64,000 bases of DNA from assembly GCF_964355755.1 (NCBI RefSeq), contig NC_092670.1:24538795-24602794 (forward strand). The letters run 5' to 3'. The stretch comes from Antedon mediterranea. Taxonomy: Eukaryota; Animalia; Echinodermata. This document shows, in pieces, positions 1 through 15,425 of the stretch. Made by a program: the position numbers and the translations under genes. Numbering within the stretch: the stretch's first letter is position 1; every line of letters begins with the position of its first letter. The notes under the pieces are model-generated. The model worked only from the letters and a program-made list of their open reading frames with translations. It was not told where the DNA came from and made no database searches.

Positions 1-1849
1 TCAGGTAAGATGACATTATTTAGGATTAAATTCTAAAGTGCTCTGAATGATTAACAATTTGAAGTGATTTTAAAATTCGGCTTAGTATAATGCATAATTA
101 TAAATACTAAATAGATATATAAATAATAAATATAAACTAAATATTATTAATTTTCCATACAACCATAATCCCAATGTTTTGGTAAATTTATAATTGATTA
201 CTAACTTAATCGTCATCGACCATACGTTTCTTCTCCCCTTAGACAATCTATTATTATTTAGTATGATATTAGATACTACAGATTGTTTTGCGTTACATAT
301 AACATCTGTTCTAGACCATACTGATCACATTTTAACTAAATTATTATTATATTACAACAATAATTTTAAAAAACAAAATTATTTAGCATAAAATGGTCCA
401 GAAAAAGTCAAGTGTAACATAATACGAATGAAAAAGGCAATTAATTAAAAATATATTGTCCCCTTAAAAAGCATTATTATTATTATTGTTTTAATATTCC
501 ATTTTAATGTCACATAATAATAGTTATTCACTTATTGTACGCCAAATCGCCAAAACAAAACATTCACCTGAAAACTGTAGGCCCTACCTAATCTAACAAA
601 ACAGTCAAATTGTCAGACAATGCTAACTCAATCGTCATCGATCAGCCAATCTACTCAGTGGTGTGGACGACATAGCGTACCACACTCCCTTAGTTCATGG
701 GATTTAGCTAAAAAAATGACACTTTTTGAAAGCAAATTGCAAGAAAGAAAGGTTTTTATATGAAATAGGTTCTTTGGACCCTACAGAATACATCTATAAA
801 CGTTAGGACGTTATTCGTATCCGGACAACTACCCCTATTGGACAACTAACAACAGGGGCTGTGAGATGGACAAGTACAACAATTAAAAAAATACAGCGAT
901 ATAAAGATATTATCTTTATAATTATTCATTAGATAGCCATTGCATCTGTTGTCGAAATTATCAATACTCAAATACAGATAATAAACTGTATTTACTTCAT
1001 CCTAATAACAATTATTGTGTTTACACAAACAACTGTTGAATTCACAAGTTTCGCTTATCATGGCTGTGTACCAAATGGCATAAACACTTCTCGTTATACA
1101 TTGTTATATTTAATTTCTGTAGGACATTGGTATTTTGTATCCCTGATGTAAATTTAAATGTCTGAATTTATATGAAATAGGTTCTTTGGACCCTACAGAA
1201 TACACGTATCCGGACAACCACCACCCGGACGCTTTTTTTTTCCTATCCAATTAAGCCAGAAATCATGAATAATTAATTACCTTCTATTTTCTATTATTAA
1301 GAATTGCAAGATAGTTGATCTACTTCCTAAATATACTGAACCTAACCCTCTAAATAATCTCTCAAATATTACAAACAACCCTCCAGAGGATAAACAACGT
1401 TTCACACTTTTGGTTCAGGTAAGATGACATTATTTAGGATTAAATGCTAAAGCGCTCTGAATGATTAACAAACTATAATTTTCAATAATTATTATCGTGG
1501 AAAGAATTCAAAATTGATTTTAAAATTCATATTAGAACGTTTGTCGGTTTAGTATAATGCATTATGAATACTAAATAGATATATAGATAACAAATATAAA
1601 CTAAATATTATTAATTTTCCTTACAACCATAATCGCAATGTTTTGGTAAATTTATAATTGATTACTAACTTAATCATCATCGATCTGCCAAGTCTACTCA
1701 GTGGTGTGGACGACATACCGTACCATACGTTTCTTCTCTCCTTAGTTCATGTGATAGCTAAAAAAAATACCTTTTTAAAAACAAATTGCAAGAAGAAAGG
1801 TTTTTATATGAAATAGGTTCTTTGGACCCTACAGAATACATCTATAAAT

Positions 1850-3605
1850 GCGTATCCGGATATTCACCCCCTGGACATTTACCCCCCGGAAAACTACCCC
1901 CCGGACAACCACCACCTGGACAACTACCCCCTTAGGACAACTACCCCTTTAGGACAACTACCCCCCGGACAAATACCACCCCCCGGACAACAAACCCCTT
2001 AAAACAACAACCCCCTTAGGACAACTACCCACTGGACCTGGACAATACTCCGAGGGCAAATAATCTTTTAGGACAACTACCTCTGTAGGACAACTAACCC
2101 CTGGACAACTACCACCCAGACAACTATCCCTTTAGAACAACTACCCCCGGACGGACAACTACCACCCAGACCATTCAACAACCTGACTCTGCAACAGTGT
2201 ATAATAGGAATTAATAACTATATTTTAATTCGTTACTTTGACGAATTACTATTCATTATTGTAAACAAAAGTAAAAGATTGAACATAAATATAGTCCTAA
2301 GGGAGGGGGTAGTTGTCCGGGGTAAGGTTGTCCGGGGGTAGTTGACCGGAGGGTAGTTGTCGAAGGGGTAGGTGTCCTAGAACCAGTTGTCCTAGTGGGT
2401 AGTTGTCCTGGGGGTAATTGCTCGGGTGGTAGTTATCCTAGGTTAACCACCCGGACAACTAACCCCCTAGAGCAACTACCACCCGGACAATTACCCTAGG
2501 ATAACTACCACCCGGGCAATTACCCCCAGGACAACTACCCACTAGGACAACTAGCACCATCCAGACAACTACCACCCGGACAACTACCCCCCTAGGGCAA
2601 ATACCACCCGGACAACTACCCCCCCCCCCCCTTAGGGCAACTACCACCCGGACAATTACCATAGGTTAACTACCACCCGGACAATTACCCCTAGGACAAC
2701 TACCCACTAGGACAACTACCACCCGGACAACTACCCCCTAGGACAACTACCACCCGGACAACTACCCGCCTAGGGCAACTACCACCCGGACAACTACCCC
2801 CCTAGGGCAACTACCACCCGGACAATTATCCCTAGGACAACTACCCACTAGGACAACTACTACACAGACAACTACCACCCGGACAACTACCCCGCTAAGG
2901 CAACTACCACCCGGACAATTACCATAGAATAACTACCACCCGGACAATTACTCCCCGGACAACTACCCACTAGGACAACTACCACCCGGACAACTACCCC
3001 CCTAGGGCAACTACCACCCGGACAACTACCCGCCTAGGGCAACTACCACCCGGACAACTACCCCCCTAGGGCAACTACCACCCGGACAATTATCCCTAGG
3101 ACAACTACCCACTAGGACAACTACTACCCAGACAACTACCACCCGGACAACTACCCGCCTAAGGCAACTACCACCCAGACAACTACCCCCCTAGGGCAAC
3201 TACCACCCGGACAATTATCCCTAGGACAACTACTACCCAGACAACTACCACCCGGACAACTACCCCCCTAGAGCAACTACCACCCGGACAATTACCATAG
3301 AATAACTACCACTCGGACAATTACCCCTAGGACAACTACCCACTAGGACAACTACCACCCGGACAACTACCAACCGGACAACTACCCTCCTAGGGCAACT
3401 ACCACCCGGACAACTACCCTAGGATAACTACCCACTAAGATAACTACCCCCTAGGACAACTACTACTCAGACAACTACTCCAAGGATAACTACCCACTAG
3501 GACAACTACCCCCTAGGACAACTACAGTAGGCCTTCCACCAGGACAATTACCACCTAGGATAACTACACCCCTAGGACAACTACCACCTGGACCACTAGC
3601 ACTAC
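1850..3605. repeat. GGACAACTACC(ACCC/CCCTA) satellite array with an inverted block at 2300-2440
   Basis: 15-17-bp degenerate unit repeated many times; shorter arrays at 51375-51605, 54670-55007 and 59810-59960. Confidence 0.93.
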
Positions 3606-4727
3606 CCTATCCACAACAACAACAGGGGCTGTGAGATGGACAAGTACAACAAGTAAAACAAATACACCGATATAAAGGTGTCATTTTCCGATAAAGATTA
3701 TTATATTATTGATTGATTGATTATTTGATACCTTTATTTTAGAATAAACATTCCATATATAATACATCTACAAAAACAACAATAATACAAAACGAAAATC
3801 ACACTAAAATATGATTTTCTTCCATTAGTGAAGAGATTTGAAGATCGTTCGTATTAGTTCGTATTACACTAACAAGATTATTTTCGATATTCAAAACTCT
3901 TATTCTAAAGCCACAGACGCACTGTGCGTCGTACATGCTCGTAAAAAAAGAAGGTATTCTCCTCGTAGAAAAGATGTTACTAGCACTACAGTGCTTAGGT
4001 AAGCCTATCAACATTCTCAATGAGTTGTAAAAGAACAGTGTGTTACACCCGAACCTAATATAACGGCAGTACAGATCAATACAAAAAGACCTGAAAAAAT
4101 TTATTTAACTGTCTCATTACATCTACTGAAACGAGTGTTACCTCGAATGCAAAGAGCTCAGCGATACTGGCGATTAATGTCATCAGAATCATCTAAATTG
4201 TTACGTAAATATAGGTAAGTGAGTCATTGACGTAAGATAATATATTATTATTTAGTATGATATGAGATACCACAAAAAAAAGTCAAAGGTGTAACATAGT
4301 ACGAATGAAAAACGCAATTAATTAAAAATATATTGTCGGTCCCCCTGAAAAAAATTATTATTATTGTTTTAATATGCCATTTTAATGTCACATAATAGTT
4401 ATTCAATTATTTCACGAAAGTTGGATCGCCAAAAAAAAAACATTTACCCGGAAAACTGTAGACCCTACCTAATCTAACAAAATAGTCAAATTGCCATAAA
4501 TTGTTTTTGTCTTGAAATTAAATCAATAATTGTGTTCGGTTTTTTTCCATGAAAGAAAACTGCAAAATGGCCATTTCAAAGTCTGGTTTTATATAAATCT
4601 TTATTTTTCATGGCTTTTGGGGGACAAAACATCTCATGTACTCTAGTAGCTGAAATATTTGACTCATTAGTAGGCGCATCATAGAGATGCGGCCGGTCGG
4701 AGTGAATTGCGGCCGGAGTTATTATGA

Positions 4728-5300
4728 ACGGTCGCTAATTGAAAGTGTTTGAACTAAAGTGATCTATAATTAAGAGGACCAGTACAATTACTTGTTTTTT
4801 ATCACATGATTAAAAACTATTTTATGCTTTTCTTGTCTTTACTCATACAAAATAATATAACGGTCGCTAATTGGAAGTGTCGTAAAGTGATCTATAATTG
4901 GAAGAAGACCAGTACAATTACTTGTTTTTTATCACATGATTAAAAACTATTTATGCTTCTTGTCTTTACTCATACAAAATAATATAACGGTCGCTAATTG
5001 GAAGTGTCGTAAAGTGATCTATAATTGGAAGTGTCTTATTAAACTAAAGTGATCTATAATTAGAAGAGGACCAGTACAATTACTTGTTTTTATCACATGA
5101 TTATAAACTATTTATTCTCCTCATTGTCTTTATTCATGCAAAATAATAAAATGGTCGCTAATTGGAAGTGATCTTTAATTGGAAGAGAACCAGTATAATT
5201 GCTTGTTTTTATCACATGATTAATATTATATTATTATTTATTCTTCTTAATTGTCTTTATTCATACCAAAAAAAATGATGGTCGCTAATTGGATGTGTTT
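4728..5300. repeat. ~130-bp tandem repeat (4-5 degenerate copies)
   Basis: GGTCGCTAATTGGAAGTG...CCAGTACAATTACTTGTTTTTATCACATGATT recurs. Confidence 0.85.
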
Positions 5301-7525
5301 TAAACAAAGCGATCTTTGACAAATAAAAACTAAACTTGACATTATTAACAACTAGCAATTATACCCGCCCCAGGGCGGATTTTAAAATTAGTTTAAAGCC
5401 TTCTCAGTACATAACACCCGACGCCAGTGAGCGGGGTTGGTGAAATCTGTCCGTAATAGGTTACTTTTCTGTCCATAATAGGTTACTTTCTGTCCATAAT
5501 AGGGACTAGAGGGCGCTGTTGTTTGTCCATAATAGGTGACTTTCATAATTGGCTGTCCAAAATAGGTGACTTTTTGTCCACAATAGGCGAGTTTATTGGA
5601 GTAGTGCGCCATCCATTGTGTTGTAACTGATTTCTCCATGGTTGTCCATAATAGGTGATTTTTTTGGCGTACTCGTACATACGTAGTTTATTTCGCGAGT
5701 AGAAGTAGGCCTAATACTAATTTGCTTTCTGTTCAGACTTCGAGGCTACCTAGGAGGCCTAATTAGTATATAAATATTTAAGGCTTTCTAGCCTACTAGG
5801 CCTAGCTAGGCTAGTCCTGTTAGTTAGGCTACCTCTATAGGCCTACTAGTACTACTAGCCTAGGCCTAGTCCAATTGTTATTGTCCACTAATAATAATGA
5901 AATGTTAAATTTATTCAGCAACAAATAATTTAATTTGAACTTCATTTTAGGTTTGACAGTACGGACAGACATTACGCAACTTACCATACTATTGCAAGTT
6001 TAAATAAATCACCAAACCCACACGTTCTTTTACAAAAATAAAAAATACCCCATAATACTCTAATAATAATATTGATAAAGTTTTATTTTTTTAAGATAAT
6101 GAAAATGTAAACTGTTATTTTTATAAAGGCATTGGTGTTTCAATGTAATTGTTGTATTTTTTTTTCTTTGGACTTATTTTGTTTTGTTAACAGTAATAAT
6201 AAAAATCAATTTAATATTGAAAAAGACATCACAGTTCAGCACTTCATTTCGTCATTTTAGGTCCTCCCCTATTTCAAAATTCTGGATCCACATAGCTCAA
6301 TGACAAACGATCCCAGTCAAAAGTGTATCAACAGCAGCACATCTCATCCATTTATTATATTGTTTAATTAAATGAATCAATTTTAATGTTTAATAATAAG
6401 AAATACGACAACACCTTTGTTCTGTATTCAGAACAGTTTATTCAAAATCTAAATCACATTTAAAAAATACTGAATTATATTAATTTTAAAAGTGTAAAAA
6501 CATGGTTAAACTACAATTTAAAAAATAGCAAGGATAAATAAAATGCACCATAATTATTATGTTTATTACTATAATTATTGATCGATGATTATGATCAAAA
6601 ATAATATGTTGAAGTGATGTACTTTTTCATTTCAGCAGCATACTGTATATGAGCAGAATATCAAACATCTGTATGCCTATAATAAAAAAAAAAGGAAGCA
6701 TTTAAATACTATAATAATGTTTAAGTATTTTATAATGCAAGTAACTTCAATCTTAGTAATGCTGAGACAAATTTTCATGTTGTATGGTGGGAAACAGTAT
6801 GGTGGGAAACAGTTATGTTTAAATATTTTATTGCATTTAAAAAAAGATATGTAGGATTGTTTTACTAAATTTAAGTTTATACCAGTTGTTAGAGTCAATT
6901 ATTACCATACTCACTATATGAAAACTGATATTAAATGTTTTAAAGACAAATGCTTTATTGAATGAATGCTTTAATAATATAACATTCAATTAAATTTTGA
7001 AATATTTTCTGCATGAATTTGTTAGTGGATTTATCTATTCTTTTTACTGTGATTGTAATGTTTATAATGAATGGAAAAAAAAATATCTACTTTTAATTTC
7101 TTAGCAATTCAAATGAATAGAATATTTCAAATCAGAATGTTAAAAATTAATTTTCATGTATTGTCAGTTTTTCTACTACGGTACTGATAAAATTCAGTTT
7201 GTCTCTCTGAAAATGTTTGACTAAATTGTATCCTTCTTTTCCGAAGATTACTTTTGCAAACAAATACTTTTTCTAAATAGGCTTCTTCTTGGGATTTTAC
7301 AGTATCTTGGTCATATTGAAAAATGTCCTAAAAGATGTAGGCCTAGTGGGTTGTATGTAAAGTATTATTCTTCAATTGTAAGTTGGGCCTATCTGTTACT
7401 TACCCTAGTTAATGTCCATGCTACTGTACTATAACATTGATCAGAAGATACACTGTACACAATCTTTGATACATGCAAAAAATATGGAAAAATTGAGATT
7501 TAAATAGATGACATAATTAATAACA

Positions 7526-8967
7526 CTAGATGGTACGCTCGCTTCGCTCGCGTACCATCTAGGTCGTGCCCACAGATGGTTCTCGAATACATAATAATTT
7601 CAGCGTTAAAAAACTGGCGATTTCAAATGTACGTACCGCAGGAAAATAATACATGTCGTTTACAGGAACGAATAAATAGACACTGTGATTTATGTACTCA
7701 ACTAAAATTAGCACCCTATTACTTCCGAAAGAGAAACTTGTCACAAAATAAGACCAATTGTTTAAGTCAAATTTAAACAAACTTAATTTGTGTTTTGTAT
7801 GTAACATTAGGGTTGAGGGATGGGGAAGAGGATGGGTGCAAAGAGGAACAATGTTAAAATATATTCTTTATCTATTTAGTAACGAAATATTAATTGCTTT
7901 CATGTTTTACAAATAATATACCACTAAACACAGTAAAACATTGCGATGTAATACTTTGTTGAAACTATCACCGTCCTAGTCGATTGAAATAGTACAGCAC
8001 ATGTAACGATACATCACTACGACGTGTATATGTTTATAATATAATGTAAAACAATTTGTGAAAACCACCTCTATTCGGGGAAAATCATAAATTCGATTTA
8101 ATCGTCAATAAATATTAAATTATCTAACTCAACTTAATTAGTAGGCCTAATGGTTTTCAATTGTTTCTTAGAGCCAATTCATACTTAAGTTGGTTCCTAC
8201 CCTACCCACCAAAGTTGTTCTGCGTTTAAGGCATGTGATGTACCGTAGGCCTATTCTCTACTGGTTTTACAACGCTACTTATGCCAGTGAGGGAAAGGTG
8301 ATGATGTGGGTGGTTTAACTGCAATAATAAAGATTTGTACATAATATACGGCGAGTGAAAACGCTAGCTCATTATCCGTTTAAAAAAAAATTATATCCAA
8401 CCTCTGCAGCACAGATTAAAAACAAAAATGGATCGAATTTCGAGTATACAGTACTGTACTTGCCTTTACGACGCCTGAGGGAATAGACACTTGTGAAACA
8501 GAGATTGGAATGTTCCATTCATCGCAAATCAATACATTTGTATAATCGTATATTAAATCTATCAAAATAGTATTTTTTAAGAAAATCGGCCTGTCTTCAA
8601 CATTATGATGATGTACTCTAACTGTTTAACCAGTTTTCAGCTGTTAAAAACAATGATCGTAGGAGGAGATAGGAAAATGCGAAGCCTCCTCGTATTTTTG
8701 TGGCGGGTATTTTTCAAGATGGACATCCATTAGACAGTGTATACCACGATCGGAAAACACCCCTATTTGGGGCAAATCGTTGAACCTAAATTCGTTTTAA
8801 TCGTCAATAACTAATTACCTAACTCAATTTAATTAGTAAACAGGGTTACATCAGATGGTTAAAATCAGTACCGAAAGTATGAACCAACTTTATATACCAT
8901 CGAGTAAAAATTCTAGAAATAAACCGAGATTTACCGAATTTTGCCCTTACGTAAATTTATATATAGA
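7526..8967 (-). mobile_element. Non-autonomous Helitron
   Basis: A|TC 5' end at 8967; 3' hairpin and CTAG|T at 7526; same family as 42005-44415. Confidence 0.82.
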
Positions 8968-9595
8968 TACAGTAACAATAGCTCTGGCTCTACTATACTG
9001 CCAACCTACTAACTGTCCGAACTGTCTGGATAAGACTCATTTATTCAAAAAATAATAAAAAAAAAACAAAAATTTAAATAGGTCAATCTAGCAATCTAGA
9101 TGTCTGTGATTTGAAGACAAACTACCAATAGGTCTAGTAGACTAGGCTAGTAGTAGCTGATTTCGGTCTTCAAAGTATAGTAGTGGGCGGTGGTGGCAGT
9201 GGTATTAGTAAAAGACTGTATAGTGACTAGTCCGTCAGACCTGACCTGCAGTTAGGCAGTATAGTTACGAGTAGGCCTAGGCCCTCGTCTGTAAAATATT
9301 CATATTAAAAAAATAAAATAATAAAAAAACAGATGAAGATAGGCCTAGTTGTTTGTAGTAGGAAACCTATCTACCTAATATGAGCCCATGTCATTTGTAT
9401 TCCTCCCCTGCTGTAAGGTAGGCCTAGAAAAAAAAAAGCTCACATTTCATTAGTGGACAATAACAAATGGACTCCAGCTAAGCTAGTAGGCCTAGTACTA
9501 GTAGTACTAGGCCTGACTGAGGTAGCCTAACTAAAACAGGACTAGCCTAGGCTAGGCCTAGAGGCTAGAGAGACTTAAATAATTATACTAATTAG

Positions 9596-10606
9596 TACGG
9601 TGGCCTATAAGTGTCACGGCAACTTTCAAAAAATATCACGGCAATTTTTTCAAAAAAAGCCACGGCAATTTGAAAAAAGCCACGGCAATTTGAAAAAAGC
9701 CACGGCAATTTGAAAAAAGCCACGGCAAATTAAAAATAAAACATCACGGCAAATTAAAAATAAAACATCGCGGCAATTTAACAAAAATACCAGGGCAACT
9801 TAAAGATGAAACACCACGGCAAATTAGTATTGAAACACCACGGCAAATTAATAGTGAAACACCACGGCAAATTACAGAATGCCACGGCGGAAGTGAGTTA
9901 CCACGGCGGAAGTGAAACCTTTGGAATCTTCGATTTTTTCTGAGGTAAGTAATTATTTGTGCATTGATGTAAATATTATATTAATTTATTTAACTGCAGC
10001 AGTTTACGTGTTTATTGCACTCTTCTTGAACTTTCTAGGCCGGGCTAGACCATAGGCCTTATTACAAGGTAGGCCTAGGCCCTATAACATTCTACAATGT
10101 TTTAATATATTTACAGTAATCTGTTTTATATAACAAGTTGTTTTTACAGTAGACCTAGCTACTACTGTAGGCCTAAGGCCTAGGGCTAGTAGTAGGCATA
10201 GCTAGGCCTAGTGCAATAAACACATAAATGCTGCAGTTAAATATAATAAATTAATATAATAATATTTACTTCAATGCACAAATAATTACTTAAACTACCT
10301 CAGAAAAAAATCGAAGATTCCAAAGGTTTCACTTCCGCCGTGGTAACTCACTTCCGCCGTGGCATTCTGTAATTTGCCGTGGTGTTTCATTACTAATTTG
10401 CCGTGGTGTTTCAATACTAATTTGCCGTGGTGTTTCATTTTTAAGTTGCCGTGGTATTTTTGTTAAATTGCCGCGATGTTTTATTTTTAATTTGCCGTGA
10501 TGTTTTATTTTTAATTTGCCGTGGCTTTTTTCAAATTGCCGTGGCTTTTTTTGAAAGTTGCCGTGATATTTTTTGAAAGTTGCCGTGACACTTATAGGCC
10601 ACCGTA
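9596..10606. mobile_element. IS3EU-like foldback MITE with CACGGCAA subrepeats
   Basis: Termini TACGGTGGCC...GGCCACCGTA; 6-bp TSD AATTAG, which is single in the host's other arm at about 5760; nearly fully palindromic. Confidence 0.85.
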
Positions 10607-12566
10607 AATTAGGCCTAGGCCTCCTACTATCTAGGCCTAGGTAGCCTCGAAGTCTGAAGAGAAAGCAAATTAGTATTAACTAATAATACTATTACTTCTA
10701 CTCGCGAAATAAACTACGTATGTATGTACGATCGAGTACGCCAACAAAATCACCTATTATGGACAACACAATGGATGGCGCACTACTCCAATAAACTCGC
10801 CTATTGTGGACAAAAAGTCGCCTATTTTGGACAGCCAATTATGAAAGTTACCTATTATGGACAAACAACAGCGCCCTCTAGTCCCTATTATGGACAGAAA
10901 ATCCCCTATTATGGACAGAAAAGTAACCTATTATGGACAGATTTCACCAACCCTATTGTACAAATCTGCTGCAATTTCCACCATCCGGGTTAAATTATAT
11001 CTTTCTATATTTGGAAATTGTTACTCCTAATATGGAAGATTATTCCCGCCACAAAATTTTGGTATAAATAGCCCAGGAAATGAAGACAGAGCTTATCGAA
11101 GAAAAAAGTGCAGATGGAGGTGTTTGTTGAGGTAGGCTACATGATTTATTTGTTTGGTTTCGTAGGGAATCCGGCACTTTTCTCATCAGCACGGAACCTT
11201 TATAAAAACTTAGTGGTTGGTTATTAGGTTATTAATCTATCTTTTCTGAAAGTTTAAGCTTGGTTCAGCTTGTGGGACGGATTCAATATCCGTTCAAAGC
11301 TGGGGATATATTCTAAGCAGACTCCATCTTGGATTCGTATGTTTAGTACAGGCCGTGTGGTTGAGTAATTTCAATCCTTCAAAATCACTATGTGCAATCC
11401 GTTTTTAAATCAGTTAATATACCAAAATATGTTATTAGTAGCTTTATTATTTTGAATTTGATGCTAGTTTGGTAAATATTGCAATATAATTGTAGATTAT
11501 TTGGTTGTAAAAAAATGTACCCAACTTGTATTATCTAGGCCTAGACTAGGCCTAGCCCATTTGACGGAAACCCAGTGCTATTTGTAGAGGGATAGAGAGG
11601 GCCGCAGGCTAGTTTTTAGTGGCATATCGCCGACTTATTATAATCAATGTGAAGCCATATTATGTTTAAAATGTTGAATCTATATCCACTGAATTATGGA
11701 TATATATCGTCGGATATTTAAAGAAAGTCCTAGGCCTAGGCCTAGACCTTTTAATTTATTTAATTAATTTAGGACTATATTACGGGAAATTCTTTTGCCA
11801 AAGAAAAGAAAATATGTTGTGGCTGTTGGAGGTTTGTAAATATATAATGACAATAATGTAGCCTAGGCTAGGAAGGACTGTAGGTAGGATTAGGTAATTT
11901 GGATGGTCGTACATAGGATGATATTTAGGTTGAAATTTTCAGACCGTTTATATATACAGTATAGTAGTGATCATGGCGACAACATTTAGGATGACTAAAG
12001 TTGACATTAAAATTATTTAACTATGAATAGCTCATTATTGGTGTTTTTTTTCTTTCAGGTTTCTAAGAATAAACTATCCGACTTGTGATTCATCTTGTGC
12101 TACAAAAACAATCCTATTTTGATATTTGTAAATTGATGTACGTAACAGATGTCTTTAAAAATAAAAAAAAAATAAAAATGTTTATTATCGTGATGATTTA
12201 ACTCAAATATTGACATATATAACTTGATATTTTAGCCTGAGCAAGATAGTTTGATAGGCATATTTTACTTCGATGTAAACAAGATATTACATGTTATACT
12301 GTATGTAAAATACTTTTGTGTAAATAAAATTATTTAATGGTGGTTAATTTATTAACTTGTTAATTTGTTTGTTAGTTATGATGGTATATTATTAATTATT
12401 TAGTTAGTAACCAAAGTGGAGTGGATTCGTGGCAGTTGCAACTTGACTGTAATATGCATATATATAATATGTACTTCTTCTTGGATAAAGTTATAAGGAA
12501 AATAAGCAATAATAAAAATTAAATATTTATTTTGCCATAAAGAAAGCAAAAACTAAACATACAGTA

Positions 12567-13700
12567 CTATATGTACAGTAATACCATGGACCTATAGGTA
12601 GGAATTTGTTGGAAAACAAGTTTTTCCAACATCTTGCACATCACCGACGTAAGAGACACTGGACGATAATTAAGTAAGTTACTTTTGTCACCCTTTTTGA
12701 ATACAGGAACAACATTTGCACGCTTCCACAAAGTAAGAATTTTACCACATAACAGCGAATGATTAAAAAAATGTGTGATAGCCGGAATAATTACCGGACA
12801 AGCGAGTTTAAGCATCCGAACACTCACACCATTAGGACCAGAAGCTTTATTAGCTGCGAAGTTTTTGATAACAGATTCCACCTGACAACGTGAAACATGA
12901 AAACCGGCAAGAGATGGAATGTCCAAAGTTGGTGAAGCGAGACTCACATAATTAGGGGAGTCACTAAAAGAACTCACAAACAACTTGTTAAACTCGTTGG
13001 CGATTTGAGTAGGGTGTCTTATGGTATTGCCTTTAACCACAAAGGAGTCAATGAGTTGAGATGACTTTCGCTTGCTTTTTATAAAAGACCAAAATGACTT
13101 CCAGTTATCTTTCTTTCTAAACAGATTGGTAATGAAGTCACTGTATGCTTTCTTAGACGCGTTGCGTACTTTATTTCGTATACATTTGTATTTATTCCAA
13201 GCCAAAGTACTGCTTAATCTACGAGCTTTTTTAAACAGAGCCCGTTTCTCAAGAATAAGTCTATAAACCACAGGCAATATCCAGGGTTTGGCTTTTTTAC
13301 GGGAGCGACGAACTGGAATACTATCATTGACACAAGCTAGAAGGAAATCCGAAAACTGATCCCATGCCACATTGATGTCAGTGAAATCAATTAACTCCCA
13401 TGGAGTCAACGAAATTAGGCTCTGATAATGTTCAACGTCTGCTTTATGATACTGATAATTTCACGGACCACGTTGGGAAGTTTTCCAGGAGATCCGCGAA
13501 TTCTAAACGTTACCATGTGATGGTCAGAATTGGCAAGACCTGCATCAATTTTTACTTCACACAATCGATCCGGACGGGAAGTAAATATAAGATCAATTAT
13601 TGTATTAGAACTAAAATCATTCGATGATCGAGTTACGTCAAAAACTAGCTGATCAATACACATAGCATCTGCTAAAGACTTTAGGTTAGTTTTTAAGTTC
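12567..13700 (-). mobile_element. CR1-like LINE ORF2 fragment (end of endonuclease to start of RT)
   Basis: IDLIFT...SDHHMV, KASGPNG, WKRANVVPVFKKG, NYRPVSLTS. Confidence 0.87.
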
Positions 13701-14332
13701 TGTAATAGGATTTAGGTTTGTCTAAATGATCTAAAACAGGATGTTAGAAAGAAATCAGAGCGTCGTCAACACCTAGCTACTCCTGACCTTTTTTAAAAAT
13801 CAGATAATACTAATACGTACATTACATATAGTTACCAATCTGAGAGATTTGAAGACGGATTGTATTTTGCGTTTAATGCGAACGTCAACTGTTTTATACT
13901 TTTAAAATATACCGATTAATTCGAATGCATTTTTCTCTCAAATAGTGATAAAAACTGATCACGCATATACTTCTGCTAAATGTGTGACAAATACATACAT
14001 GTGTTCAAAATGCGTGTTTCATTAAAAATCACTTTAAATTGCGAGACCGTCCCGCACGATGCGAGACGCTTGGTAACTGCATTAATTTGTTTTTAAAAAA
14101 TACTTTTTATTTCAACTTCATTTTACATTGAATATACCACTTTTCGTCATTGTTAAACATTACTATTAAAAATGTTCTACATGAAGTATACTCTCCGTGA
14201 CAAACACATGCATCTGTATGCATAATTTAATTATCCCATAGCGTTGGTTTTGGGTAAATTGAATCACCAGATGGTTATCAATGTATATTGTTTACTTCAC
14301 TAACAAGTTCAATGTATTCTATTCCTTTAAAG

Positions 14333-15065
14333 TTTATTAGTCGCGTGGAAGCGACTCTATAGTTCACTATGTCGGTCGGTCGGTCTGTCGGTCTGTCGGT
14401 CTGTCTGTCGGTCCGGTATCACTATGCGTTTTATCGCTTTCTGACCTTATCTTGATATCAGTTTAATCTAGCTAAGTCAATTTTTTACAGTATATTCCTT
14501 ATGGCCAGGAATCGATGTGGTTATGTTTTCAAGGTGCGCAATAAAAAATTACGCGGTCTACGCACGATTTAACGAAATCACGTTTGTAATCATATCTTCA
14601 CAACCATGAATCACAATTAAATAAAATTTGGTACTCATAAATTTCAGGTCATAAATCATCATATGGTAATACAATTACGTGCGTAGTGCATGTAACGCAT
14701 GCGTACGCGTGCTTAAAATTTTCAAATTTTATTTTCGATGAAATAAGAGTACGTTTCAGTCAATTTTAAGCGTTTACAAAATTTCCATGAGTGCGCAGAT
14801 TTTTGCGCGCGCACTGCATGTTAAAATGTTATTGCGCACTCTTTTTGCCCGATTTCTGTTTTCTTGACTTACTTTTCAACTCGAAATTACGTTATACGAG
14901 CACGTCAAAAGTGACAGGCTACGCACGTGTAAATTAAAAAAATATAACTGTTTTTAAACATTTCAACATTTTTAAACATGTTCAGTAATTTCGGTCAGTT
15001 GGTAGGTTGGTCGGTCGGTCGGTAAACACTAAGCACGCGACTGCAGCCATCTATATGGCCTTGTT
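14333..15065 (+). mobile_element. Helentron-associated element (HINE/DINE-1-like)
   Basis: subTIR AGTCGCGTG / CACGCGACT, partial internal IR, (GTCG/GTCT)n microsatellite, 3' stem-loop GCCAT-ctat-ATGGC followed by CTTGTT. Confidence 0.8.
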
Positions 15066-15123
15066 AATTGCCCATTGAGATATTTCAGCGCGTCTGATTG
15101 GCTACATCCTTCAACACATGCTA

Positions 15124-15425
15124 TCTATATATACATTTACGTGAGTGAAGAATTCGGTAAATCGTTGGTTGGTTCGTACTTTCGGTACTGATTTTAACCA
15201 CCTGATGTAACCCTGTTTACTAATTAAATTGAGTTAGATAATTAGTTATTGACGTAAAACGAATTTAGGTTCAATGAGTTGCCCCAAATAGTGGTGTTTC
15301 CCTATCGTGGTATACACTGTCTAATGGATGTCCATCTTGAAAAATACCCGCACACTATAATACGAGGATGCTTCGCATTTACCTATCCTTCTACGATAAT
15401 TATTTTAATAGCTGAAAACCGGCGA
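15124..15425 (+). mobile_element. 5' fragment of the same Helitron family
   Basis: Matches 42005-42340. Confidence 0.7.

Larger units (their letters stand above)
5434..10953. mobile_element. Large TIR-bounded non-autonomous DNA transposon with nested Helitron and MITE
   Basis: ~450-bp inverted arms starting GGGTTGGTGAAATCTGTCC, with GTCCATAATAGG subrepeats (5434-5890 vs 9450-9595 plus 10607-10953). No TSD seen. Confidence 0.7.

Noticed and set aside
5388-10993. Duplicated small ORFs (TTQWMAHYSNK...) at 5388-5639 and 10724-10993
   Set aside because: They are the two arms of a terminal inverted repeat with subrepeats, not genes.
10960-12400. Possible spliced gene remnant (donor near 11132, acceptor near 12058)
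   Set aside because: No coherent reading frame or recognisable motif could be assembled.
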